Shown here: in pieces, positions 12,241-25,579 of the stretch
Numbering within the stretch: the stretch's first letter is position 1
How the letters are laid out: every line of letters starts with the position of its first letter
Source of the DNA: Eledone cirrhosa
Lineage: Eukaryota
DNA: 64,000 bases
Reading direction: 5' to 3'
Assembly: GCA_964016885.1 (NCBI GenBank)
Contig: OZ024745.1
Span: 51,398,001 to 51,462,000, forward strand
Notes under the pieces: generated by a model
Databases searched by the model: none
Told to the model about the DNA's origin: nothing
Seen by the model: the letters and a program-made list of their open reading frames with translations, nothing else
Program-made: the position numbers and the translations under genes

Positions 12241-15226
12241 TTTAGTATAGCGGATGCTCTAATCAGTCATACTGGCTGCAATACAGTGCGCAAATTCAAT
12301 AAATGCCTATTGATATACAGACATTTGCCTACGTTGCTAAAACCTAAAACAATGTAATTAAACGCATATGTGAAATATTTCAATAGTCATTCCCAAATAG
12401 CACGTTGAAATATTTCTATAAATTACATAGCATATTATCAAAATGATATATTCGTAATATATTAGAACCTAGCGCATGTTTATAGAAATCAATCCTATTA
12501 GAGAGAAAACTGAGAAGCAATTTCATTCACTGGGCATCTGCCAGATCTATAAATAGATGTCTAGAATTATAGTATTATGGAAATACATATGACAAATCTC
12601 CGGAGAATATTGTTTTTAATATTAATGTGATGTTGATAACTCAAATATTTTGAGATATTCTATTTTAAAATGTTGAGTATTTTATCTAATTAATTCCATC
12701 TTTAATGGATGTTTCCAGTTTCCTTTTAAATGTGTGTATGTGTACATATCAGGCAAATTCTGCGTAATATGTTTATCATTAATGGAAACAAGACCATCAA
12801 AACACTAATAAATAGCAACTTAACTCTCCATAATACAAGCATCAAATACTTTAATGAGTGTGAATTGAGAAGGAATATATGGCACCGTGGGAAGCAATTA
12901 ATAAAGAGATGGGAATTAATTAATGATATTGAATAAAATTTAGCTATTATAAATAATAATTATTTCTAATGTAAACACTATTGTACACATTTGGGAAAAG
13001 TTTACAGTATTAAACATTAACATAATTAAGTCACTTTTATCCGATCGGCACCAGAAAACTCAAAACCGAATTGAACCTGTAAGAAATTTGAAAATCGACC
13101 ATAACGAATTGTCATTAAAGACCATATTTTGTCATCCGTACTATCTAGCGGACCAGCAACCATACCCTATTATGACATTTAGAATTAAGTGTTCATTGTA
13201 AAGATGGTGTTAAGTTCCGATTTAAGAAATACGAATTACAAAACAAAGGTTTTAATGGAAATCAGACAATCATATAAATGAATATATAGAAAATACAAAA
13301 TACAACACACCCACACAGACACACAGACATACACACATACATACACACACACACACGCACACACACACATATACATATATATATCGAAAGAAAATTCAGC
13401 TATTCGGTGTCAATTAAATAATTTTTGTATCTAGGATTATTTTGATTACGGTATGGATGTTCCATTGTTGAAAAATTGACTAGTGCACATTTACATATTT
13501 CTAGTAGAATAATTCAGATATATCAAATAGGTTACACCCTTATTTCAGCAAATTGACTGGAGATGTCACAACATTGTATCATTTTATGCGTAACGTAGTA
13601 TCTAAAGGAAAATTGAAAGGGATTTAAATGGAAATGAAACTACTTGTGCCCTATTTTTTCAATTGTGTGTATCACATTTTCACTGGTTCTATAACTAGAG
13701 GAAATGCGCGTTTCTGTTCAGAAAAATATTGAGTAATGATCATACTTCTTGTGGTAGGCTGTCTTCATAATTTTACAAGGCAGAAATATCAGGTAAGTTA
13801 ATGCGTCCTGAAGTGAAATATCTGTCCCAGCACAGTATCAATCCCAAAGTAGCAATTGAATCACCCCTGTTATTTGTGGTAGGTATATTTGTATGGCATC
13901 TCCCATATATCTGATATATTTGGTTATCAAAAACCTCAAAAATCTGTCTTGATCAAACATAAAATTGTGTTTCTTATCGGTCTCTTGAGAAAGCAACATT
14001 TCATCCTATTTGAGAGCATAAATCATAATTTGGAAATGCCAAAATCCATGTTCCGTGTCATGGAAAATTTTGGAGTAGGATGCACCGCCATTATTTCGAA
14101 TACTCCTTCATACAAAGATTAATCGATTCCAATTAAATTTGTCTCTTAATCGAACCGCCCTATCTACATTTACAAACCTCATAAATGCTTTTACCACTAT
14201 TCAATTACCTATTTATGTTATCACAGCATTACATTTTCAGTGACTAAAGCATGCAAACAAGTACGGTCCGTTTTCTCTTCAAATATCCTGGAGAATGTAA
14301 CTTATCTTATGGCCCCCATATTCAATTTGAAGTAGTGATCGAAAACGGAGGAAGGTTTGACATGAGTCATGAAAGCTTGTCTCTGTTCTCCATTTTAAAA
14401 GCCAATTTGTAACCATAGCGTTTTTGGATTTGTAGATTGAGTCTCTAATAGAGAATTAAGAACCCATCAAGTGGGTTCAACACTGTTACGATTACCAAAT
14501 GCTTAACATTACATAAATATTTGGCATCAAATAAAATCTCATATAATTTCCATATAAAACCATCATTTATTACGATATTTTGAATGTATGCAAGTAAATG
14601 TATTAATATTAAAACTCTGAATTGCATGTCTTCAGGTAATAACCAAATATTTATACACTTACAAGTAATTATATGTAGGCCGCAATGAAATATATCAATA
14701 ACCTTTATATCATGTCATAAGCTCGTTCCGTGTCTCAGACGTCGCGTAGGAAAATTTTAGTACAACATTCACATTTATTTCATTTACGAAATGTGTGCTA
14801 TTTAGATGTACAGGAGGTAATATATACTTGCATGTTGTATAACATTATCAAGAATGAATATTTGACTGAAAGAATACCAATTCGAGACGAATATAAATTT
14901 CTTGCATTTTTCTACGCCTTATCTACAGTCAAAACTTCTAAAAAATGGGAATTATTAGTTAGCGTGACATTAGCGCAGTTGTGAACGCATTAGGGCACCA
15001 TTTGATAGATTCTGTGTTTGATTATTCACAGGCACCTCTATCCAAATTTTGCCTGTATTATTATTATTATGGTCATTTATGATAGAAAACACGTTTCAAA
15101 TTTTCAGGAGAATTCTTATGTCAGCCTATATATATATATATAATTGGTGTTGGATGCTTAAAGCGTCCGTAAGCGGTAGGCCGTATGAGCACTCGATGCC
15201 CTCACAGAGCAGAGTATGATATCACA

Positions 15227-15917
15227 GAAAAAAAAAGAATCAGTGTTGCGACGAAAGGAATTTATTGGACATATTACAATTGTTTCTCGGGCGACCAGCT
15301 CGAGGCACGTTCTTAATACAGGTTTTTTTCTTTTTCTTTTTCTTTTTGAAATATGTATGGTGGAGGGTATTCTAAGGCCGTGTCCTAGAAATGTTATGCT
15401 AAATATTCCTAAAATTTGTTTTTTAAAAATTCCCTCAAAATATTATTTACAATGACTGCCGCATACAGCATAATTCCGGGTGTGTACCTGACCGTTGTTG
15501 ACGAGGGCGCCTAGGGACAATGAAGACGTCGAAGTGATGCCAGCTGTGCAATATTACAGCCCTCTACCACCACAGTAGTAATTCTGATATATGAAGAAAT
15601 TTTGATTGACAGGTGGAGAAGAAGAACCAAGCAGTGGGCAAACATGAGTGGCTAGAAATACCGATGACGTGTACAATTCTTGACCACTCATGGAATGACA
15701 ACAACAGGATCTAAATCAACAAACGAAGGAATTCGATGTTAAAGGACAATGGGAAAGGGAAAAATCTGCTTCGTAGAATCGAGACGTATCCGGGGACCGG
15801 GCGCTTTCAGAGTAAGGTTTGATCACCATATCGATCGTGCCTCGAGCTGGTCGCCCGAGAAACAATTGTAATATTTCCAATATATTCCTTTCCTCGCAAC
15901 TCTGATTCGCTTTTTTC
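15227..15917. mobile_element. Inverted-repeat element (~82-bp arms, ~525-bp spacer) ending in (TA)n
   Basis: 15227-15309 is approximately the reverse complement of 15836-15917. The arm contains GAAA caattg TA (HHR 3'-half-like) but no CUGANGA. Confidence 0.7.
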
Positions 15918-16057
15918 AGTTATATATATATATATATATATATATATGAGGAACGATCGACTTTCGTCAAATCGGACCGAGGGAACAATGTTTCCGTTGG
16001 TCTTTCCAATTGCTAATACTATCTATCGGTCGCAACTCCAGGTAGAAGGAGCATATA

Positions 16058-16139
<82 letters not shown>

Positions 16140-16270
16140 GATAAATCTACCAAAATATACGGTATTGTCCAATCCGTATGAAGAGCTCAATGTAATCCAA
16201 ATATCATGAAAAGAGAAGATGTATTCAAATTTTTTTCGATGAAAATCACAGGAAAACAGAGTCAAGATAA

Positions 16271-16627
16271 ATTAATAAAAACAATGAATAAAAACAAAGA
16301 AACAGTTCCTTATATTAAAAAATTCATCATTTTACGATCGTTTCTAGGATATATATGTGTGTGTTGGTATGTATGTCATATAGATCTATGTAAACATTTT
16401 ACAAACTATCAGAGGAAATATACATACCTACACATATATTATTTCTGAAGACAGCATATATATGTGTAGGTATGTATATTTCCTCTGATAGTTTGTAAAA
16501 TGTTTACATATATCTATATGATATACATACCAACACGCACATATATATCCTAGAAACGATCGTAAAATTATGAATTTTTTAATATAAGGAACTGTTTCTT
16601 TGTTTTTATTCACTGTTTTTATTAATA
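16271..16627. mobile_element. Fold-back element (~170-bp arms, 16-nt spacer) in (TA)n
   Basis: 16271-16439 is the reverse complement of 16456-16627; the spacer holds CTGAAGA. Confidence 0.85.
16437..16572 (+). ncRNA. Hammerhead ribozyme with ~100-nt extended stem II
   Basis: uauuauuu CUGAAGA (16445), long stem II (auauauaugug/cacauauauau; gguauguauau/auauacauacc), GAAA (16553) cgaucg UA aaauuaug. The stem II base carries mismatches. Confidence 0.55.
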
Positions 16628-16657
16628 TATATATATATATATGTGTGTGTATGTATA

Positions 16658-16689
<32 letters not shown>

Positions 16690-17953
16690 ACCTTGCTACA
16701 TTATTCATGAACATTTTGAGCACTAACAGATGTTGTTTAAATATGTATAATGTGTGCGCAACAATATCACCACCCCTAAGTTACAAATAGTACTTAACTG
16801 ATGTTATATACTTGGGATTTTGGAAGGTTCATTCGTTAGTTGCATGAAGTAATTTCTGACTGTGAAAAGAATCTCGTCCATTTTGAGATTATGTAGGTGA
16901 TATTCTTGGAGACAAAAGATATATCCTTAAACCAAGGCTTACAAACTACCACATTTCAACATCGCCGTTAGAAATGCAGTTAAACTGTGATTAGATTATT
17001 TTAAAATTGTAAACAAGGACCTAATATCTCACAATATGAGATATATTTGTAGAAATTACTCAAAAATACACCTTCCATTACAAATTTCAGTTGGAATAAA
17101 TATACTATGAGGAAAATGAGTTGTACAATTTCTACTTTACAATAAGTGACGGGAGACATATTTGATATATTCTAGACTCATTAGCGAAGGATATATTTCG
17201 ATTATTTTGTTTTTATTTATTCTCAAAGTGGCATATTCTCTCGGGTATAAACGGTAACATTATGTAGCCATTGAATTCGACGTGCAGAATTGTCTATTTC
17301 TCATTTTGGAACAATTATCTTTTAGCGTATATATTAATGTTTATATACAAAACTTCGTTAATAATGACATCAAAAAGATGTAATAGTATCTCTCTCTCCA
17401 ACTATGTCTTTCTCCGTCCCACCCTTTCTCTCTCTGTCTCTCACGCTCACTGTTTCTCTCTATACACACTGACACACACATATATATATAGATATACTTT
17501 GATCCCCTTTGTTCAAATTAAATTCCTTATATCCAGCACCAAACAAAGTTTACCTGTATACATCAATTGATTGATCTTGAGAATAACCTCGAAAGAAAAA
17601 AACTTGCCGGAAGTCAATTTATGATCCATTTATCTAAATAATCGATTGATGAATAAGTTCTGGTGTCCATCAAAAGAAGGTTGAATGGTTGCTTAGGGAA
17701 AGTGTCTGTAGTAAACTTAGGCTGTTACATTGATATATTTCCTGTAAACCTTTTGTGTTAAGATACGTTTAAGATATCTTGATAGAACCACGCAACTTTT
17801 GGGACATGATGGCATAAGTAGGAATGGTTGTACAGACAGAAATATGTACACAGAGATGGATGTTTAAATATATACGTCTATGTTTAAATGAATATATTTA
17901 TAAGTGTCTTTAAACCCGTCATTGTACATGTACTTTCCAGATCTCAATTTATC

Positions 17954-18030
<77 letters not shown>

Positions 18031-18351
18031 ATAATAATAAAATTAAAGACTAAAATCCAAAGAGGGCTCGATAAAGAAAATATATATCAAATATATAAGA
18101 ACCGTAGAACAAATATTTATTAAAATAACAGATTAAAGTTTAAGCAAAGAATCGCTGCTTTCACCCTTAACGGGATCTTCTGAAACTAACAAAGTCTATC
18201 TGTAAACGCAGAACTGGATATTTCAAAAAACGTTGCAACCGGAGGAAGACAGGAAGACGATACTTTGGTTCGTGGAAACGTTCGCTGGCAAAGAACGGGA
18301 AAAAACGAATATAATACGTCATTAATAGGAGCGGTGAAAAACAATTACGCG

Positions 18352-18493
<142 letters not shown>

Positions 18494-18540
18494 AGAAGTG
18501 TAAGTTACATATATTAAAATTAAATTCCTTTTTTCACATT

Positions 18541-18596
18541 CGGTGTTATTTATATTTCGGAGTTAACCATTACAACAGCTATGACCTCATCAGGAG
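18541..18596 (-). ncRNA. Degenerate hammerhead core
   Basis: CUGAUGA, hairpin, GAAA uauaaa UA; stem I is not complementary. Confidence 0.4.
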
Positions 18597-18706
18597 GCTA
18601 GAATTTGAACAGGAAAAACAGAAAATATAACGATGGAATAAAGTTTGCTTCTGTTATTTTGATATGCTCATTGTTGAAGTTTGGTGTTGTTTTATCAAAG
18701 CACTGG

Positions 18707-18740
<34 letters not shown>

Positions 18741-18809
18741 GAAAAGAATGAAACGAAATTTCATTTCTCACTCTTAGTACGTATACATACTTATATATAT
18801 ATACATACT

Positions 18810-18890
<81 letters not shown>

Positions 18891-18906
18891 TATATATATA
18901 TCAGGC

Positions 18907-19032
18907 ATACATATATGTGTTCAAATCGTAAGGGACCAGGTTCGCTAAGATGAAAAAAATACTAACTATGGACAATAAGGTTTTTCACCTTAGCGAACCT
19001 GGTCCCTTACGATTTGAACACACATATGTATA
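18907..19032. repeat. Hairpin (~45-bp arms) next to (TA)n
   Basis: tgttcaaatcgtaagggaccaggttcgctaag / cttagcgaacctggtcccttacgatttgaaca. Confidence 0.9.
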
Positions 19033-19364
19033 TGTCTGTGTTTATCTCTCTTTTATATTCAATTATGATATACGGCTCGGAAAAATCTCTTTCCTATAGC
19101 TATTTTATTGTAAGAGACTATTTTGAGTTTCTAACTCAATATATACCTTTGATATATATATATATATATATATATCAAAGAATCTTGCTAAACAAATTAG
19201 GAAACGATATATATATATATAATGGAAAATTTGAACAGGAACAAAACAGAGAGGCAGTACAACGAATGTTTATTAATTTCACGCTCTCTCTCTATATATA
19301 TATATATGCGCATAATAAAATACTTGGAACTCTTTTAACCATCTTTTGATCTTATGATCTTATA

Positions 19365-19401
<37 letters not shown>

Positions 19402-19423
19402 AGATCATAAGATCAACAGATCT

Positions 19424-19527
<104 letters not shown>

Positions 19528-20246
19528 CACTAAACCCTTTCGACTTAAGAAGCATAGCTGCATATCATAGGCTTTAGTGGAATCCACAATCGAAGATTAT
19601 AAATTATAGGATGTTTTAGATTTATTTAAAGAGTATATTGAGTTAAGGGAGTGGAAATTATTTTTCCCTCTGTATATCGGAGGGCTATGCAATCATTATG
19701 TGGGTTCTTGAATCATAGGAATGAGCTTATATTAGCATGTCCACATCGCTTCGCATACTTCTTTTTCAATAGAAGTCATAACCCAACCTCATTCTCTTCA
19801 TTTGTTTTTATTAATCCTTTCTAACTTGTAGTTAGTTAGACCAGTATTTATATTAAAAATTTCTTTTCGCTACTTCCCACCCATCTACTAGCTTGTCTAT
19901 TTCACTTTACCTTCTTACTTGTTAATCTCCATTAAGTATTTCTAGACACTATAAATACTCATATATCATTCTCCAAATTTGTTTTATATATGTAAAACTC
20001 TCTATATAATAGAATAATTATATAATTCGGATTACTTCAACCTATTAAGCTTATATTAAAATCTGAATAGTAGAGCGTATGCATGTATATAGGCATGAAT
20101 TTATATGTGCATTTTATGTGTGTATATAGATTTATGTATACTCATGACCAGTAGTACATCTATCGGTCTCCCTATATGAAATACATAGTATTTATATATA
20201 TATAGGCTGTTGTATCTGTGCATATACTGAAGAAAACTTTGAATAA

Positions 20247-21948
20247 CACCGTGTAACATATTTTTTCTTCCCCGGTTCTATGTGTAATTTCCTGGTTTGG
20301 AATATCCCATTATTATAAACAAAACACTATTATTTAATCAGAAGTTTGGGTTTGTGGTCAGGAGTCTGATATTTCTAAATTTTCATAATTTTCAAGAAAA
20401 AACACATTTTGAAAAAATTTATCAGTTCATATAATTAAATCAACAGAATATATATTTATTTTATTACACAAGCTTATCAAAAGTAAACAAGTAAAAACAA
20501 ATAACACTTATAAAGCAACTTATACACGTCAGAAATGACTGTATTTCCTGGATTTGCGGTTGTAGTCCAGGTCGTATTCCCGCACTAGCCCCCAGATATA
20601 GTCCCACCCATCATTTTTTCATTGTAGTGGCCCTGGTACCTCCGCTCTATCTCTTTCACATCTTGGTGGAATCGTTCGCCTTGTTCTTCTGAGTAGGCGA
20701 CCATATTGTCCTTGAATTCTTCCAGGTGAGCGTCCAGCATATGGAGTTTAAGCGACATCCTGTACCCCATGGCGCCAAAAAGCCTTTATCAGATCCTGCA
20801 CCAGATGCTGGTAGTTTTCAGATCTGTAGTTGCCCAGGAAGCCGTTAACAACTGCTTTGAAACAGTTCCATGCTGTTCTCTCAATCCTATTGAGTTTATT
20901 GGGGAACTCGGTAGACTCAAACACCTTCTTTATCTGAGGTCCAACAAAAATTCCACCATTGATTTTAGCCTCAGATAACTTAGAGAAGAACTCAAGAAGG
21001 TACTTAAAAGCGGCTGATTTTTGGTTGAGAGCCTTCACAAACTGCTTCACCAACCCCAACTTAATGTGCAGTGGTGGCATGAGCACAATCCTGGGATTAA
21101 CCAGTGGCTCCCACATGACGTTCCGGGTCCCAACTACAAATTCTGTTCGCTGCTCCCAGTTCTTTCTTTTGTAGTGGTCAGGGGTGGCTCTGCTGTCCCA
21201 AAGGCAGAGGAAGCATTGGAATTTGATAAAGCCTCCTTGGAGTCTAAGCAGGAAAGACACTATCTTGAAGTCTTCAATGATTTCCCAATTGTACTGGTTT
21301 GATTGCAGAGCTTCCAAGAGGACTTTCACACTGTAGTAATCTTCCTTCAGGCAGACTGAATGAGCTAGGGGCAGTGTCGGGAACTTGTTTCCATTGTGGA
21401 GGAGGACAGGCTTCAAACTTGTGGTGGAGCTGTCTATAAATAGCCGCCACTCCTTGGGCACAAACGGCACCCCAATAACGTCAAACAGTCCGGGCACGTT
21501 ATGGCAGAAGCAGAGGCCATACCTAAGAGTGTAACATTCTGAGAAAGGTTCGGTGTCGACTTCTCTGACTTGTCACCTGTACTTCCTCCTTGACCAAGTT
21601 ACATTGCTTCATCCTGGAGACGAATGCTTAAAACACAACTTACCCTTTATTCAGGGTGCGACAATCCAGTATCACTTTTATAATTTTTTTTAGGTATTAC
21701 TGTTTATTTTATAATTTTCATTTAACCTGAAACATATATAAAAACATCATTTAACATAAGCAAATTAAACTTACATACAACGTAAAATCCGGCATACAAA
21801 TAATTCTAGTGAATAGCTTACAATGTTTACAAACCCAAACTTTTAACTGTTTAATAGCACTTTTTTATTTATTTATTAGGGACCTAAGCAACACAAAAAA
21901 GTGATTACAAGCCAGGAAGAGAGAAAAATAATTTTTTGTTACACGGTG
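20247..21948 (-). mobile_element. Chapaev3-like (CMC superfamily) DNA transposon, internally deleted
   Basis: TIRs CACCGTGTAACA / TGTTACACGGTG; 3-bp TSD TAA at 20244-20246 and 21949-21951. Confidence 0.82.
20585..21560 (-). pseudogene. Chapaev3-type transposase, frameshifted, N-terminus missing
   Basis: WRLFIDSS..SLK.VLLHNGN, CFLCLWDSRA, PPLHIKLGL, GFLGN, and after a frameshift MSLKLHMLDAHL..SEEQGERFHQD. Confidence 0.8.
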
Positions 21949-22274
21949 TAATCTGAGTCTTAAAACTCAAAATTGAAGGTTTACCTCCCTTTCTATAATA
22001 TTCTAATCCATTATTTTTCTCTATGTAAACGAGTTAAAAATAATTTAGTTAGCGTTTCAATGACGTAATAAACCAACCGTTAGCACCCTAATCATTTTAG
22101 TAGAGATGTAAAACAACATGTCCCTTCATCTATATAAACACGTTGAACTTAATTCTTTTAAATCTCAATTCCTTTTCAAGTAACTATATATTTTCTTATA
22201 CATTATTATGTATTAAACATATATGAACATATATACATGCGTGCGTATATGTATATAAATGTATATGTATACAA

Positions 22275-22334
<60 letters not shown>

Positions 22335-22337
<3 letters not shown>

Positions 22338-22514
22338 ATTCCGCGTTGAATCAGCGGTAACCATAGTAAGTAAGGTACTCAATACATTGCAGAGTATAAA
22401 AGTTTTAATATAGATGAGATTCTGTTTCATTCTTTAGAAATCATCAGAGATTCCTGATGATTTCTAAAGAATGAAACAGTTCTAGGTCTGTAGAATCTCA
22501 TCTATATTAAAACT
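22335..22514 (+). mobile_element. Fold-back HHR element in (TA)n (family A, copy 1)
   Basis: About 65-nt leader plus inverted arms around a 6-nt spacer (22448-22453); the left arm has an internal deletion. Homologous to 63703-63896. Confidence 0.85.
22447..22499 (+). ncRNA. Type I hammerhead ribozyme
   Basis: gagauuc CUGAUGA u-uuc-uaaa-gaa-u GAAA cag-uucuaggu-cug UA gaaucuc: 7-bp stem I, GUA triplet. Confidence 0.85.
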
Positions 22515-22789
22515 ATATATATATATAATCCATAAATACCTCTGTGTCTGTAAGTACTTGTTACAACATTACAGTTAATTCTTATTTGTGTATACACTCA
22601 CCCACATACAGAAACACACACACACACTCACTCACTCTCACACACACAACACACACGCACACAGAACATTGCCAATGATTCTTGCACATTTTATGGAGTA
22701 AAGTAGACACTCACACATTCCCAACGGCCAGTATAAAGTAAAGGTAAACTCAATTGACGAATGTGTTTATAATGACGGCCTGAACCTTC

Positions 22790-22855
<66 letters not shown>

Positions 22856-23283
22856 TTCATAGGGATATATGTATATATTTAGACATAGTCACAGATACAT
22901 ATATGAGTTTGGCTACCTTCAACGGTGTGGCTCAATGAAGAATTAATTAAGCAAATAATTATTAATCAGAGCTATATATAAAATTGCAAGGTTGAAGAAC
23001 TATTAGATAAAATATATACAGTCTTTCCTCTCCATAGTCCGTAGAAATCAACCACATAAATAATCATTTAAAACGAGGCTATAAGTTTAAAATGTAACTA
23101 TGAAGAAATAATAGACAAATGATACAGACTATCTTCCGCGAGAGACAGCCAGATAAAATCTATCTAGTCATTCCTTTTAACTTGTAGAAAAACGACTAGA
23201 CAAATTATCAACCAAAGTTAGAGTTAGGTCTAAAATAGAAGTTGGAAGAAAAAATGCATATAAACTTTACCAACATTCCTCTA

Positions 23284-23369
23284 GACTCGACTGCCGGCAG
23301 TTTCGTTCCTTTTTAGCAGATATTTCCGATCCTGGGTTTATCCACGAGGCTTGAAACTTATCAAGAGAC
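23284..23369 (-). ncRNA. Hammerhead ribozyme with U3-A8 variant core
   Basis: gucuc UUGAUAA guuuc...ggaac GAAA cugccggcag (perfect palindrome) UC gaguc. Confidence 0.68.
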
Positions 23370-23821
23370 ACCTTATGTCTGGACTAAAATTTCTACCGTG
23401 ATCCCGCTAGAAATGAATTTAAAAATGGCTAAGAATTATCATGTGGTTGATTTCTAAGGATTAGGGAGAGGAAAGACTGTATATATTTTATCTAATAGTT
23501 CTTCAACTATGCAATTTTATATATAGCTCTGATTAATAATTATTTGCTTAATTAATTCTTCATTGAGCCACACCGTGAAAGGTAGCCACACTCATATATG
23601 TATCTGTGACTATGTCTAAATATATACATATATCCCTATGAATTTAATATATACTCCCATAAGGTAGAGTAGCAGTTTAGGCAATATATGGCTGCGCATT
23701 CTAGCAACCAGCCTACTCGCCGCCTGGCAACCATCTACCTCGACCACTAGCCACATGATAATCCTTAGCTATTTTTAAATTCATTTCTGGCGGGGATCAC
23801 AGTAGAAATATTAGTCCAGAC

Positions 23822-23906
23822 GTCTCTTGATAAGTTCCAAGCCTCGTGGATAAACCCAGGATCAGAATATCCGCTAAAATGGAACGAAACTGCCGACAGT
23901 CGACAC
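23822..23906 (+). ncRNA. Hammerhead ribozyme with U3-A8 variant core
   Basis: gucuc UUGAUAA guucca...uggaac GAAA cug-ccga-cag UC gacac. Confidence 0.68.
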
Positions 23907-24223
23907 TAGAGGAATTTTGGGTAAAGTTTATATGCATATAACTTTACCAAAAGTTCCATTTTTTCTTCTAACTTCTATTTTAGACCTAACTCCGTTTAGT
24001 TGATTATTTGTCTAGTCATTTTCTACAAGTTAAAAGGAATGACTAGATAGATTTTATCTGGCTGTCCCTCGCGGAAGATAGGAGGTGATCATTTGTCTAT
24101 TATTTCTTCACGGTTACATTTTAAACTTATAGCCTCGTTTAAATGATTATTTATGTGGTTGATTTCTACGGACTAGGGAGAGAAAGACTGTATATATTTC
24201 ATCCAATAGTTCTTCAAACTTGC

Positions 24224-24259
<36 letters not shown>

Positions 24260-24543
24260 CAAAAATGGCGAGGTGTGTTTAAGTATAATAAATGAAGAAT
24301 TAGAAATATAAGTTAGGAATATCCGTCATCAGTTGTCTACTAGCCATCATAGGTATCTTTTCGCATCACAGACAAGTCTTTTTTTTCTATACCTCTAGTA
24401 GGGGGATAAAAGATACAATATCTAAAAGATACAATAACTTAAAGATTTGGTTGGAGAAAGTTAGTAATATATATATATATTTATATTATATATTAATATA
24501 TTATATATATCTTATATATAGTATAGAATCTATCTTACTAATA

Positions 24544-24611
<68 letters not shown>

Positions 24612-24616
24612 CTATA

Positions 24617-25488
24617 CAGGGTGCGGACGATATTTGTTCGCAATTTTCAACTGCTAATTTCATGCAAATATTTTCACTTCCGTTGTAAATTTGTCTTCAT
24701 AAAAACAGTGACTATATTTCCATATTTATTTGCAGAATAATTGATTTATGAATAATTTTGAACCTCCAAATTTGTGGAAGAGACACGGAGTTCTTGGAAT
24801 CCGCGCTGGGAGGACAAATAAGACCAGAAGATCAACTCCCAGAACAACAGGTGGCTCGCTGTCTCATCCAAAGACGTGCCCAGAGTCATGCAGACAAAGT
24901 TTCCAGCGACAACATTGGTCATAGGTGTCGTCAGCAGTCAAGGTGGCGTCATGCCACCTCACTTCTTCCCCGAGGGCCTCAAGCTGAATACCGATGGCTA
25001 CATCCGCGTTCTGAGCGAGGTAGTAAAGCCCTGGATCGACCAGGTAGCTGCAGGTAGGCCATACCTGTGGCAGCAAGACTCAGCGCCCTGCCATATCAGC
25101 CGAAAGACACAAGCCTGGCTGTCAGAGAACTTCATTGACCACACTTCACCTGACATCTGGCCTCCCAGCTCGCCTGACTGCAATCCCCTAGACTTCTTTA
25201 TGTGGGGCGCAGTGGAACGAGACACCAACAGATTTAGCAGCAATACGAAAGACGATCTGAAAGCTAGGATCACAAGTGCCTTTAGGGGCCTAAGTCGGGG
25301 ACAGTGACGAAGGCCTGTAGCCGGTTCTGAGGCCGCCTTGAGGCTGTCATCAAAGCCAATGGCGGGTCTATCGACTGAGATCGAAAGAACAAGTCATGAA
25401 GACAAACTGACAAAGTTTTAAATAATCTTAAAAATAAACTACTGTGTTAATCTTCCTAGACTTGCGAACAGTAGCGTCCGTGTACGTG
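24617..25488 (+). mobile_element. maT (DD37D) Tc1/mariner element, internally deleted
   Basis: ORF 24876-25307 has QQDSAPCH..WPPSSPDCNPLD with 37 residues between the last two Asp. 5' TIR TA|CAGGGTGCGGACG..TGTTCGCAA and a degraded 3' TIR at 25462-25488. Confidence 0.82.
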
Positions 25489-25545
25489 TGCGTACTCTGT
25501 GCGGACAGACTGGTAGGGGCGCGGTGTGAGAGATATATAGAGATA

Positions 25546-25579
<34 letters not shown>

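Larger units (their letters stand above)
22848..24226. mobile_element. Complex inverted/direct repeat element (Penelope pLTR-like) bounded by (TA)n
   Basis: 22848-23033 is inverted at 23464-23652; 22980-23446 is inverted at 23751-24226; 23441-23520 is directly repeated at 24153-24226. Confidence 0.8.

Noticed and set aside
13760-13800. Possible host exon ending at AG|GTAAGT (similar donor near 60229)
   Set aside because: A donor motif alone, with no recognisable peptide or exon chain, is insufficient.
20227-21975. Possible HHR split by the Chapaev3 insertion (CTGAAGA at 20227)
   Set aside because: The reconstructed empty site lacks GAAA and convincing stems.
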